Shown here: positions 37,149 to 49,869 of the stretch, one piece after another
How the letters are laid out: every line of letters begins with the position of its first letter
Position numbering within the stretch: position 1 is the stretch's first letter
From: an uncultured Planctomycetaceae bacterium
Lineage (GTDB): Bacteria; Planctomycetota; Planctomycetia; Planctomycetales; Planctomycetaceae
Length of the DNA stretch: 64,000 bases
NCBI GenBank assembly: GCA_963813715.1
Contig: CAWFAK010000005.1
Coordinates: 896,001-960,000 of the forward strand
Reading direction: 5' to 3'
The notes under the pieces: model-generated
What the model was told of the DNA's origin: nothing
The model's database searches: none
Seen by the model: only the letters and a program-made list of their open reading frames with translations
Translations under genes and position numbers: made by a program

Positions 37149-37637
37149 TACGGTCTCCAATCCCCGAGGGAAATTTTGTGTTGTTGGTTTTCGTACCACG
37201 TCGAATGGGAATGCGTGGCCCGTTTCCTAACTGGCCGCCGTGACATGCGGCCGGTCCCAAACTAGCCGCTGCGACGAGCGGCCTTGTGTATCCTGCCGCC
37301 TGCTGCGGTTGTCTCGAATAACTCGCGTGTTCGCGAAGAACTCGAAACCGACCGCGTTGATTGCGGCAAACTCGATCTGGGCCACCCGAAGTGGCGGCTG
37401 ACAATCGATTCCAAAGCCGGCGAGGCCCCGCCGGACATCGGATGTTTATTTCAATCTATGATGAACCTGCCTTTGTCGCCGGGGCTGAATCGCCCGACGC
37501 CATTGTCAAGAATCAGGCATGGTGACTTCTCCATTATGCCGACTTGCGCCGTGATTTCGAGACCGAAATCCGATGCAAGCCTGCTCGAGCACTCAAATGG
37601 GCAATAGTGTACGTTTATGCGCTGGTCGCCCGGTCGG

Positions 37638-40600
37638 CTATTGAATCCGCTGTCGAAACAGAACCAGCGATTGGTAGTTGAAGGATCTGATTCGTACGAA
37701 AACACGAATTTGGCTCGTCGTTGGACGACGCAGGCAATATTGCGGTCCCATCAAGCTCAGAGCCTGCGACCGATCGATGACGAAAAAGCTCGCGGTAACG
37801 CCGGCGAACTGGGCAGCTTCGCCCCGATCCGAACAACGCCGTTGGGAGGGTTGACGTCCCTGGCCTGGAAGAAATCGATTTGGATCCAGACAAAGAAGAC
37901 GTTGCTGCGAGTCGTCGTATTCTGAAGGATCTTCGACAACACGCGGTCTTTAGTCGCATAGTCGACTACATCGGCCGCATGATCGGTTAGCCAGTCCCCA
38001 CCTCGAAGATCCGCCGACGGGCGTCCGGTGAGTTGGCCGGCGCCGCCGTCGCAGGGGGCGTGACCTGATCGCCCGTCAGAGCCCGCAGGATGGTCGAATC
38101 GAGCGTGCTGTTATAGCCGGATTGATCCTCGCCGCCCGTGGTCGATGCCGGCGCATTGGCGTAGGCCGAGAATCCCAGTCCGCGGAACGGGTGAGAGCCG
38201 GGCGCGACTGCGTTCGCGGTGCTGAGGACGTTCGCCCCGGTTGGCGGCGACCGTGCCGGAGGGATACCGCGGTAATCCGGGTATCGGCATATTGGTTCCG
38301 CCCATCGCAGGCGGGAGTGGATCGACGCCATCTCGCGCCGTGAGGAATTGCAGCCACCAATCGCGAGTGTTGGTGCCGACTGGAGGAGTTGGAGGATTGA
38401 CCACCGTGTCCCCGTTCTGATCCGGCAGCGAGAACGGAACCTGCAGGCCCGAGGGAAGGTTAAATTGTGCCGGGCTCGGGAACTGCGTCGAGAACAGCAG
38501 CCCGTAAATGTCATTTTCATCCAAGAGCCCTGCCAGCACGTCGGGATGTCGCACTGTGTTGAGATTGATCTTGCCGGGCGTGCGGTAGAAACCGAGCGAA
38601 CCGTTGATGGTTCCCGCCGTAATCTGATACGGCGGCTCCTCGAGCTGGCGGTGCGAACGGGTCGGCACTTCAACCAGTCCCAGCAGCCGGTGCCAGCGGT
38701 TCTCGGTTACGTCGGCAGCGGGATTCGGTGGCGTCAAGCCGCCACCCTCCGGATGTTGCAAGCGATAGCCGGCGACGCCGTATCCGTTGTAGTGCTGCCG
38801 CGCGGCCCCTGTGTCATTCGGCACGAAGTCGCTGCCGGCTAACACCTCCTGCGTATAAGGGGGCGCGGCAGGAGCGGTAATCGCCGTACCGGCTTCGTTG
38901 GTGCGCGTGGCCATCAGGTGCGTGAGACCCGAAGCCAGCGAGACCGAGCTGCCGGACGAAACGCCGGGAACGTTCATCGTGGTGGGGGACGCCGGTCCGT
39001 AAGGACCCCATGTCGGCACGTTGAACAGCTCAATGACCGAGGCGAAATCCCGATCGTAGTGCGGCTGGTAGAGCGGATGCGGCGGCGCGGCGGTCGGCGT
39101 TCCCGAAACGGTACCGGGATCGAAGCCGGCCGCGTCGTTGTCCTGGCCCAGGCTGTTGCCCTGCCACACAGTCGGCTTGAGCGTCGTCACGCCGCCGTTC
39201 CGCGGGTAGACGACGGCCGTACTCATGATGTAGGGGCCCTGCGGCGTCGCCGCGTTGGGCGATGCATTCGGGTTGAACGGATTGAGCGTGAAGTCGTGAT
39301 ACAGGGGCTGCGATCGCTCCGTGCTCACCAGGGGCATCGCTCCGCCCGTCGAAATATAGTGGTGGTAGGGCTGACCCGGCGACGGTGGGTCGGCGAGCAC
39401 AGCCGTGCTGCCGAGCTGGTTTTGAATCTGCGCAGAATAGTCGCTGGCGTTGCCGGTTTTCTTGAGGGCAAGCACGCTGACCGGCACGTCCATATGATCG
39501 ACGACGATCCACGGATTGTCGGCATTCTCGGTAAGCACATTGGGGTCTGTCGGCAGAATCGGCTGTGCGGTTGGGGTCGACGCGCCGTCGCAGCTCGACC
39601 CGGAGGATGAGGGCGCTCTCCGGAAAGATGTGGGCGCCGATCGCCGATGAGATCGTGCCCGTGGCCTCAACGATCGGATCCGTGAAGTTGAGCAGTTGGG
39701 TGCCGGGGCTCAAGCCGATCGGCGTGGTGATCAGGTTCGGAGAGCCGTCGGCATTGCCCGTGGGGTCAGCCGCGTTGGGCGGCACGATCCAATACTGCCC
39801 GTCCGTGCCCGTCTGTGTCAGGTCGAGATCGAGCGCGGTCGTGATGCCGAAGGGCGGGGCGGCGGGCGAGACGTAAGCCGATCGCGGAGCAATGGGGAAT
39901 TGATAGTCGAACCCCGTATTCGTCGGAGCACCGGACGTATCGTTCGGATCGATCACCAGGTAGCTGGGATTCGGGATGGCCGGGTTGGCCGTCGACCCGT
40001 TGATCTGGTCGTAGGTCACGCCGCCGACCGATCCGACCAATCCGCCGATGGTCATCCGCGGCTTGAATCCGCCGGAGGCGGCTCCAGCAACCAGTTGCGG
40101 CTGCGACGACTGGAAGATCAGGCGGCGTTCGCCGCTGCTGTTCGCGGTGCCGGCGCCGTAGAACGTCGAAGGCACCGTCACGATGGGAGACTGCTTGATC
40201 GCAATTTCCCATTGTTCGTTGACGAAGTTCACGTTCGAGGGGCCGATGTTATCCAGTTCCAGGTAAAGTGCGGCCCACTGGTTCCTGTCGTTCCACTGCG
40301 TGTCCGGGTGATCCCAGGAAACGTTGGGCGTGACCGTCGTATCGACGGCTTGCTGCAAGAAGGCGATCATTGCCTCGTTGAAGGCCAGCTGCTGCCGCTC
40401 GACGCCGTAGACCACGCCGCGGTCGGCGGCGGCGATGTTAAACGGCGGCTGCGTATCGGCGACCCCGTCGTACGCGTTGTCGTCGAGGTTCCACCCGTTC
40501 GAGAGGTCTTTGTCGTACTCGAAGACGGTGATGTTGCTATCCGGATCGAGCTGATCGACCAGGTTGACGGCAAACTGAGCCATCTCCTGCAACTGGTCGT

Positions 40601-43600
40601 CGGTATAGAGCGGGCGGACGCCGGCGACGGGCTGGTTCGAAGCCGTTGCGTAGTTCTGGTTGTCGTACCCGCCGCCCATCAGGTAGAGCAGCGTGTAGAT
40701 GTCCCGCGCCAGCCGCTGACGGTCGTAGCGGGCCAACCACTCCTGCTGCTGCACAGTCTGCCCGCCGTGCAGTTGTTCGGGTCGATGCTGATGCATGTAG
40801 CCGATACCGTCGGTCGTGTGCGCGGGACGGAACGATCGCCGTGTTGGGCAACGTGGCCGGCGGATTGGTCGCCGTCGGATGCGGCGTCAGCGGACGAATG
40901 CGGAACGTGAAAACCGGATTGCCGGACGATCGGATCCCGGTTTGAGTCTGTTCGGTGAGACCGTTGACGCTCAGCGGGTGTTGCGGCAACAACAGGGCGT
41001 TGCTTCCCAGTTGTTGCTTCGGATCGGCGAGCGTCCACAGCAGGTGAGCTACGTCCGGCCGCAGCGGATACGACGAGTATGTCGTTACCGTGATTGCGGC
41101 GCCTGGATCACTGGGTTCGGCCCCGGAGTTCCACCCGACGTTGGGCGGGAAACGGAACGGCCCAATACCGCTTCCACTGGTGTCCGTGAATTCCCACAAG
41201 GCGACGCGCGTCGTTAATCGGCGTCGTGTTCGAGTAGGCTCCCAGGAATTCCTTGCCGAACGACTTCAGAGTCCCAGCTGGCGGGGGTGAATCGCTGGCC
41301 GAATCTGCGACGGCGCGGGCGTTGGCGACAGGCTCAAGGGGCCAGATTCGCTGTAGCGGGCCGGACTGCCAAATCTGAGAAATCGGTGCCGCTGTATTGC
41401 AGCGAGCTTTCCGCAGGCGCCGAAGATGTTGTCCGAGGTTTGCGTCGCCGCGGCGGACGGCTCGGGAAGGTTTCGTCCGGCTCGTCGACAGGAATTGCGG
41501 GCCGCCTCCGGACATCAGGCCGCCGGAGAAGAAGTTCGTCCAGAGCACGCTGTTGTTGGTGAAGTAATTGGTGTACTGGGCGTACTTCTGTGCGCCCTGG
41601 GCGATCAGTTGCCGAACCTTTCCCTCCGTGCCGGTCACCCACGATCCCGCCGCGAAGACGTCGAGCGGCGTGACGAACGCGGGGTGAAGGATTCCCTGCT
41701 CATCCTGAAACTGCCCCGATTCGGCATAGTTGTTGTTGTCGTCGGCTGCTAGTGGTGGTGGCGGTGTATATAGAAACCCTCCCGACGTCCCGGGCAGCGG
41801 CCACGGATCGCCGCCGGGAGTGCCCAGCCCGCCTTGAACCGTCGTCCCGGCTAGCACCTGTTGGACGTTCGGATCGAGCCGGGTCAGGTTTTCGCCCCAG
41901 CGACCGGGAAGCTGGAGCCGCTGACCGTCGCCGGCGTGGTTGTCGGCGTGGCGCTCGGCGTCAACTGCGGGCGGCCGTTCAGGATGTTCCACCACTCCAT
42001 GTTCGCCAGCTCGTAATTGCCCGCGCTATGATCGTCGGTCGGCAGCGTGGTGCTTTGGGCCGGGCTGCGGAAGAAGGAGACATATTGCTGTAGAGCCGCG
42101 GCGACGGTGCCGGTCGTGGGAGCGTCGGCGGCGACTGCCGGGCGAGCATTAAAGGCCCACTCGATATTCACCTCCGACGCGCTGAGCCCCAGGTTCGAGC
42201 GGGAAATAAACTGCGTGGTGTTCGGCAAAGACCCCAGCTGCCGCCAAAGGGATTCGTGGGCAACCGGTGCCGGCACGACGACGCTGCCCGACCGGTTGCC
42301 ATGCGCGTTCAAGTTGTACAGGGCGTCGGCGTCGATGATCTTGCATCGCCGGCCATCGCGACGAATGCTGCGTGCCCGTCGGGCGTGGTCATCAGCGGGA
42401 AACCGAAGTCGATGTAATTCGCATCGGGAACGCCGTCGTTGTCGGTGTCGACGGCATAGTTGATGGTGGGCGGCGCCGCGGGATTGAGCGGCGTCGCGCC
42501 GTGGCGGACCAAACGCCTTCGGCTGGGGCGGTACGTCGTGGTCCCACTGGTCGCCAGGAATCGAGAAGGCCTGCAGCGAGATGTCGCTCCAAATCACGGT
42601 GCCGTCAGTTACGGTCGAACCTTGCGCCGTCGGCCAGACCGGTACTGTGCCGCCGCTGGTACCGGCCTGGGTGCACAGATAGTTGTACCCGTTGGCCGGA
42701 CTGGGCTGAACGATCTGGCCCACGGTGTAGGCGGTGGCTCGCGGCCCAGGTCGCTGCCGAAGTCGACGTGTCCGGATGGGCAGTTGGTCACGAAACGCTG
42801 GGCGTCGTGATGTTTCCGTTGTAGTCGATCGCCGTGTGCTCGACGTGCGGGTACATCACGTAGGGTGCGGTGAGCGGATCGACGTACCAATTCGCGAGTG
42901 GTACGTTCCCTGCTCCGCGAGCGGCCGTGGCGTTGCGCAGGAATTGCGGCCGATGGAACGACGGCGTGATCAGCCGCACCGGCTGCTGAGGTGAGCCGCT
43001 GAATGTGGCGGGAACGAGCCCGTCGTACGACAGGAAACGGGCTATTGATGTCGGGATAGGTCGAGTTGACGTCGGGGTCGGGATATAGATTCGGCGTAAG
43101 CGGATTTATGTTGGGCGGATAGTTGTTGAGATCGAGCGAGGTGGCGGTGGTCCAGGTCACGGTGCCGTCCGTCACGGTCGAACCGACCGTCGTGCCCCAG
43201 GTCGGCTCCGTCGTGCCCGAGGTGCCGGGAGTCGTCGCGATGTACAAGAAATTGGTTTGAGCGTTAGCGTTCGGCCGAACGAAGGCACCGGTGACAAACG
43301 CAGTATTGGCTTGCCAGGCGACGGCGGCCGACGGAGAGAGATTCAGGAAAGTCAACGCCCGATTGTCGGGCTCAGTCGGGATCGAGCCGTCGTCGGGGAC
43401 CTGATCATAGTTCTGGTCGACCGAGGCCTGGTTAAGCGCCGTGTTCCAAAACAGGTTGACGCCTCCCCCGTTGTAGGGGGAAGGTCGCGGCCGAACATCG
43501 TCGGCACGAGCGAGCGCGGCCGCCCCACAGCGCGCTTTGCTTTTCGATAGCGGCCGGACCGATGATGATCTGGCGCAGGACGTTGTTAAAGAACGTATCT

Positions 43601-43826
43601 GGGTCGAGTGCCGGCGTGGGGACCTTGGCGGCTGGGCGAATTGTCGAAATAGGTCGCGGCCTGGTTCTCCGACGCGGTATAGGCGAAGATGAAGAAACCG
43701 AGAGCGCGAGCATGCCCAGCAGGGCCAGCACGACGATGATCACGGTGCCCCGACGGGCTGCACGGCACGGCGAACACGGGATGTCAGCGGTTGGCCGAGC
43801 CGCGCGAGCAGTCGATAAGTCTTCAT
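37638..43826 (-). CDS. Giant (~2000 aa) PilX/GspK-like pilus-tip protein, putative adhesin; many frameshifts
   Basis: AGGAG RBS, N-terminal RRGTVIIVVLALLGML (prepilin-like, no Glu5), VDTDNDGVPD, RQRLARDIYTLLY, AQFAVNLVD, RTPGKINLN, TTRSNVFFVWI; C-terminus FNYQSLVLFRQRIQ*. Confidence 0.78.
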
Positions 43827-43886
43827 CGCATCGAACTCCTGCGAACGAGGGCGCGGCCCGCTCAGCCTCGTCGCGTTCGTAAAACG

Positions 43887-46091
43887 TCATTGCGTCAACG
43901 ACTGAACGATGGTCACCTGACGCAATAGGTTCTGGGTCGGGTCCAGGTATTTCACGGTGATTTGGATCGCCTGGACATTGAGTGGCGGGGTGGCATTCCA
44001 CTGCGCAGTCCCGTCGGTAATCGAATTCGCGTTTGGCGCCGGCGACATTACTGAGCTGATTCACGGTGTCGCCGAGCGAAAATGGATCCTGCTGATTTGC
44101 AGGCAGCGAAGCGAGTGGCTGTGATGTCCCCGCCGCCACGCACTGGTAGACATAGCCGTTCGCCGTGTCGATGGGGTCAACGAGCGTTCCCAGGGTGTAC
44201 GCGGTAGCTGGCTGCCAGGTATTACCGGTGCGCGGCCGGTAGGGGGCCGGCGCATTCGGCGACGCGGTGTCCGTCGCATCGTACGTTGCGCGCCACGTTG
44301 TCAAAAATGAAAGATGGATACCACGTATCGAACACGTTGTTGTAGTTGTAGGTGACTCCGTTGAAGGTGCGGGTAAACGCAGGGGCCCAAAGCGCCGAGG
44401 CGGGGGGCGCCGGGGCTGCAGGGACCGTATAGCCGCTATCGATCACCGGCCCATAGACCGGGAAGACGTTGTTCGCCTGAGCGAAATCGCCTGATGCCGC
44501 GTGCCCGATGTCCGCAAACCCGCCCGGCCCGGAGTCGATGACTCCATTTCGGTTTATGTCCAGGTTGACCGCTGTCTCCGAATAACGAGCGTCCCACAGT
44601 TTGACGTCGAAGCTGACGACGTTGGTCAAGAGGATGTCTTCACCGCGGCGAGGGCCTCCTGACAAAGATAAAGGGCTAGTCGGCGGATTTGCGTCGAGCA
44701 TCCACATCGTGTAGCTGGCTGAATCGATCGCTAAAAGCGAACCTGACCCCATTGGCGAAATAGGCGTCCCCGTGCCAAGCGGAACAAGCGGCAGGTTGCC
44801 GGGGAACTGAAAGTTTGGATTCGACGTTTCTTCGTGCGTATAGCGGCCGAAGAAAAACAACTGTGCCGGAACGCTTCCAGCCACCGTGTTCGCGGTGCTG
44901 TTGAACTGGAACGCGTATTCGCGAGGCGCTCCATAGAAAATCGTAGGGGTCGTTACAGGCGGCGTAGCCGGGAGGGGGTATGTCTGATCGAATCCGAAAC
45001 GATTGTCGGGCCGGCCGATCGGTAACGGCGCACCCGACGCCGAATTGTCCAGAGAGTTGACCGCCGTTGCCATTCGTCAAGAAATTCACGCCGGGGTGGT
45101 TCCCGGTGCTGATCCGCGCGGAATAATCAAAGTCAGTCCAAAAGTTCCCGCTTCCCGCGCCCGCCGGGTACGGCGGATAGGCGTTCGGGATCAAGGGCGA
45201 GGGGGCAGCAGTGCCGTCATTCGGCTGCGCATTAGTAAAGCCGGTGGTCGGATCGTAGGGCTGGCGAATCAACAGGACCCTACGATAGAGGTTTCCATGC
45301 CGCAGGAAATAAGTGATCTCCGCGAACTGCGAGGCGCCGGTGTTATTCGGACTTCCGCCGGGGGGATTGAGCGTGGGGCTGCCATTCGCGAACACAATCT
45401 GTTCGTCGTCGCCGTCGGGCTGGTCGAGTGGACATGCGATTGTGGTCCATGTCCCACCGCCGTCGCCAACAGTGTTGCCGATAGTGGTGGGCCAAGTCGG
45501 CTCCGTGGCACCGCTTGTCAGCGTACCCGCCCCCTCGTTCTTGTAAGCGAAACCGGCATTCAGCGATGGATTCAACGGCCGCACAACCGCGCCGGCCGCA
45601 TAGTTGGTGCCACTTTGCCACTGGGGGACCAGGAAAAGCCCTCGACCGTAGAGATAGTTCCCGGCAGCGGGATTATTGAACAGACTGAGGCCGGTATTGC
45701 CGCTGCCCATGTTGATCGTGAACTGAAGGACGTCGTCGGTGTCGTCGGTTGGATCGTTCTCCGAGACGTACAAATACCCCTGTCGACTTCCTGGGGTCAG
45801 CGCGGTCAGCGATGCCGTGCTCATATTTGGGTGGAACGGGGCCACGAGCCGCATCGTTCGCGCTTCCAGGTCGGTTTTCAGAACCGTCGTGAGGATTCGC
45901 GCACTTTGATCGTTCTCTCCGATCCCTTTCTGCCTGGTGACAAAGGTCCCCGTCATCTGAAAGATCGTCGCGAACATCGTCATCATCATCAGGGTCAACG
46001 CCAGCACGACGAGGACCTCGATCAGGGTGAAACCCGACGCCGGCTGACGCCGGGACGCCGTGTGGAGCTGCTTGTGCGCGCGGAGAGTCAT
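43887..46091 (-). CDS. Prepilin-type minor pilin, PilW/GspJ-like (~730 aa); frameshifted
   Basis: SGFTLIEVLVVLALTLMM, DDVLQFT, AEITYFLRHGNLYRRVLL, RGEDILLTNVVSFDVK; C-terminus AIQITVKYLDP..RQVTIVQSL. Confidence 0.85.
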
Positions 46092-46104
46092 AGCTTCGGG
46101 CCAA

Positions 46105-47479
46105 TCACTTGAGCGACAGAGGATATTCATCGACCACGCCCCGCATGAAGAGGACGCCGAAATTCAAGCTCGTCGTCACGTCGGACTGCGGCCGCGCACT
46201 GTCGACATAGATTTGGACGGAACTGCCCGTGTCGTTGGCGATGTTGCTGATGCGGTACCAGCGGCCAAAGTAGCAGTCGAACAAGAACCCCCCCTTCTTG
46301 TAGAAGGGTTTTTTGCCGGACGGATAGTTGACGGTGAAGGGGCTCTGCGCGCCATCGGCACCCGTAGCCTGGTAGACTTGCTCGTCGCTGGCGACCAGCG
46401 ACCGATTGAAAAAGACGGTGACTGTGACGTTCCAGGCGGGAAGCTTCGAGCCTGGCTGGGCCGGCGGGTTCGGGCGCACCGTCAGCATCCAGGTATATCG
46501 CCTGTCCTGCATTTCCACGCGAGCTGCCACGGGATTAAAGGTGGGCCCCAACCCATCGGCGTTAGCCGCGCCGCCCCAACTGACGACGCCGGTGGCGACG
46601 TTGACTCCCGTAACGATCCGCGTCTCGCTCGCCTTCACATTCGATGTGGGATTGAGAGCTGAGTTGTTGTAGCCGAGCATTACCACGCGCCAGGCGACCG
46701 GTGTTGGAAACGCTGTGGCGGGGGATGTCGGCGAAGCAGGCGCTCCTGGTCCCGTCGTTGGAACGTCCACGCTCAAACCAGGAATAGTCACCGAATTGGC
46801 CGTGAATGTCGTCACCGGCCCGCGAGCCTGCTCAATCCAACTGTCCGGCAGCGTGGCTCCAAGCACGGCTGTGCCAGCCGTGGAGAGTTCCCCGTTAAAA
46901 CGAGGCAGCGAGTTCGTGTCGACCCCGCCCGCGCCATTGTTCCCAATATTGGTCTGCAGCGGCGCCCCTAAGGTGTTCCAGCCCAACGGATCGATCACGA
47001 AGCAAGGCGGATAGGGGAGCCCGGCGGTGTTGATCGAGCTCGTGTACTGATTCGCGCCAGCCGCCGTCCATACGAGACTGCCGGTGCCATCAGTCGTTGT
47101 TGCGGCCGGCGCAGTATTCCAAGACCGGCGCCACTGCTCCCGAAGTCCCCGCTGTTGTGACATTCAGGCCCGACAATGTATTGGTCAGTGCATTCGTCAC
47201 GACGATCGTGTCGCCAACGTTGTAAGCCTGGTTCGGCCGCCACCGCAGCATGAGGTTCTGGTTGAAGTCCGACAAGCACTCGGCGTTGAATCGCAGGATC
47301 GTCCCGTTTGTCAGGTTCGTCGCCTGCACGGCGCGGACAAACGAGAGAGGCAACAAAACGATCACCGATGCGATGCCGATGCCCGCCACGAGCATCGACA
47401 TCAGAACTTCGACCAGCGTCAAGCCGGCGTAAGAACGGATCGCCGGCACAGAGGCCGATCGCGGCGGCACGCACTTCAT
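46105..47479 (-). CDS. Prepilin-type minor pilin, PilV/GspI-like; frameshift near 47122
   Basis: AGLTLVEVLMSMLVAGIGIASVIVLLPLS, RRYTWMLTVR, VTVTVFFNR, GRWYRI; ATGA overlap with the upstream gene. Confidence 0.85.
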
Positions 47480-48612
47480 TGGGTTACCTCACCGGTCTCG
47501 GCGTAGCGGAACTTGTCGAGGGGGTTGACAGGGCTCGTCGTGATGCGGCCGGTCGAGGTCGCCAGCGACACGATGATCCGCGGCTTGGGGCTATAGCACT
47601 GCCACATCACCGTCCCGTCGCTGAATGGGGGCGTGCCCGGTGTGGCCGTGAAGAATTGCGGCGGCTGCGTTCCCGACGACTGGCCGCCCTGGGTGCATTG
47701 AAAGACCAGGTCGTTCTGCGGATTGGGGACGACCCAGCTCGTCGGCTGCGCGGCGCTTGGCTGATAGTAGGTTGTGTTGGCCTGCCAGGTGCTAGTGCTA
47801 TCCAGGAGGGGCACGCCGCTGATGTTTCCGGGTGGGCTCGCCTGCGGGATCGAGGCATCCACATATTCGGAGAACACGAAATGGATGCGGCCAGCCGCCG
47901 CGACCGTCCCGGTCACCGTTCCGTTGGGAGAGAAGAGGACGTCGAGCGAGCCGGTGATGGCCCCCGGCGATCCCCAGGTGGGAGGCAGCACGCTGTTATC
48001 CAGATCGATCACGATATTCTGCGGCAGCGCCGGGGTTCCTCGCCGGGAGTGGGCGAAGGCAGAAGCTGCATCGTATAGGTCGTTGGGGATGCCCCGCTGT
48101 AGGGTGCGGTGAGGGTCCACGTTCCTCCATTGCGGGCCATGGAGTACGTCGTGCCGCCCAGAGTGATATTGGCGCCGTCCGTCAGCAACCCGCGTTGAAC
48201 GAGCGTTGTCCACGATGCCGGTGGCGTCGAGATCGTGCTAGTGGCGTCCCGCGGTGGTGATTGTGATCTGTGTGCCGTCGGTGAATGTCGACGGCGCGCA
48301 CGACGTAGACGAAGCTGTGCACGGCCGAGCGGTCGTTCGGATCCTGGATCAGCCGTACGCCGCGCGGCTGGCCGGCGTGACCGCGCGGTCGCGAGCACCG
48401 GCAAGGAACGATTGGAATTCCCTCGCGGCGTTACGGATGCGGTCCGAATTGAGCGTGGCATTGAGGAGCCGCATCGTGAGCGTCGCCAGGATCAGGATGA
48501 TCCCCAGCGAAACCAGCAATTCCAGCAGCGTGAACGAAGCGCGATACCGCCTGCGCGCCGCCGGCCTTCCGCGAACGGAGCGAGACAGAAATGTTCTTGG
48601 GTGGCGATTCAT
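47476..48612 (-). CDS. Prepilin-type minor pilin, FimT/FimU/GspH-like; frameshifted
   Basis: ASFTLLELLVSLGIILILATL, RIRNAAREFQSFLAGARDRA, LDVLFSPNGTVTG; ATGA overlaps at both ends. Confidence 0.85.
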
Positions 48613-49869
48613 TGCTGATGATTCGTAATGAGCGTGTAAAGCGCGGTCACGCCAGTAATGAGTCGGGTCCGTGGCCCCCATTTGAGGCGGTTGGGGCTCC
48701 GCGAGGTTGCCGTGATTGGCCGTATCGTAGGGCTCATAAAGTCCGAACATGAACCCGGTCTGCTTCGGGTCGCCGTTATCGAGGTCGGTCGCCGTGGAGA
48801 CGATCAGCGGCGTGTTCCACGTGTTGGGAGTTTCATACGGCTCGCTCACCAGGCCCGTGGTAATCAACCCCAGCGGATCGTCCGGATCGACCGAGAGTGG
48901 ATCGACCATCGCCTGCCAGATGACGTTGGGAGGAGTCCCCGTGCTCGGATCCCCAATCGTGTTGCCCACGTTTGGGGCATTGCTCCACGTGGGCTCAGTC
49001 CCACTCGATTTGGCCGACCCGTTAATCGCGACGCAACGATAAACAAACGAGAACGGGCTCGCTTGCGGCGGCGTTTGGGGAAGAATCGTTGTCCCGACGG
49101 CATACGTCGTATTGGGCTGCCAGGTCGCCAACTGGTTCCGCGGGGCAGCCCCTCCCATCAGAATGGTCGCCGGCGACAGCGGGGTCTCTTCGGAAGATTT
49201 GTCGCCGTCCCGGTGGGCGGTCCGCCAGGCCGGACGAGCCGCGTCGGCCAGCGGTAGAAGCGGAGCGGATGCCCCCACGCGTCGACGATTTCCGGAAGGC
49301 CATCGTTGTCGGTGTCGGCCGTTTCGATCGCTTTGAGGTCGCGGCGCTGGGCGGCTCGGTGTCGAACAGCGGGCCCTTCGTGAGAACAGGTAGAGGCATT
49401 CGGACTGTCGGTCACTGCGACGTGCGACGTGCCGCGCGGATTGGCATTTTGAATCGTCTGCGGCAGTTCGGAAAACATTTGCGGAAAGTTCAGCTGAAAA
49501 GCGTACTTGACCGCGATGACCTTGGCTTGCACCGGAATGTTGTCGCCGAACAGACCGCCAGAAGCGCGGGGCTGACGTACGAGGGCGGATTGTCGTCGCT
49601 GCCCGCGATCTGATCTTGTTTCTGGATCCAGCGGCGAAAGCCGTTGATGCGGTCGTTGAGCATCTCGTCGACTTTCTTGATCGTCGCCTCGCGTGGCGGC
49701 GACTTTCGACGCGTTGGCCACGCGGGGGATCACGGCCACGATGGCGGCCGTCAGGAACGCGATCAGTCCGATCACGACCAGGATTTCGATCAGCGAGAAC
49801 CCGCGCCGTGCGCGACCGCGCTGCGGCGCGCCGTCTGCCGGGCCGAGAGGAGGGGCTGGGGCGGCTCAT
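48609..49869 (-). CDS. Prepilin-type (GspG-like) protein; frameshifted
   Basis: RGFSLIEILVVIGLIAFL, DTDNDGLPEIVDAWGHPLRFYRWPT, TPLIVS; C-terminus ITNHQQ*. Confidence 0.83.

Larger units (their letters stand above)
42589..49122 (-). repeat. Seven dispersed copies of a protein-level Trp-anchored CBM5/12-like module
   Basis: Copies at 42589-42748, 43152-43316, 43998-44217, 45447-45620, 47068-47242, 47602-47787 and 48916-49122; consensus WxxxTxYxxGxxVxP..YxC..GTSG..PxW..GxTVxDG..W. Confidence 0.88.

Noticed and set aside
37480..37510. TTGACA on the minus strand upstream of DUF1559 as a sigma70 promoter
   Set aside because: No plausible -10 element at 16-18 bp spacing
42589..43316. The two most similar module copies as a diversity-generating retroelement TR/VR pair
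   Set aside because: Differences are not adenine-specific, both copies are coding, and no reverse transcriptase is in the window
45978..45991. (CAT)n run in the PilW-like gene as a contingency repeat
   Set aside because: Short triplet run encoding Met residues in the hydrophobic pilin helix; it cannot shift the frame
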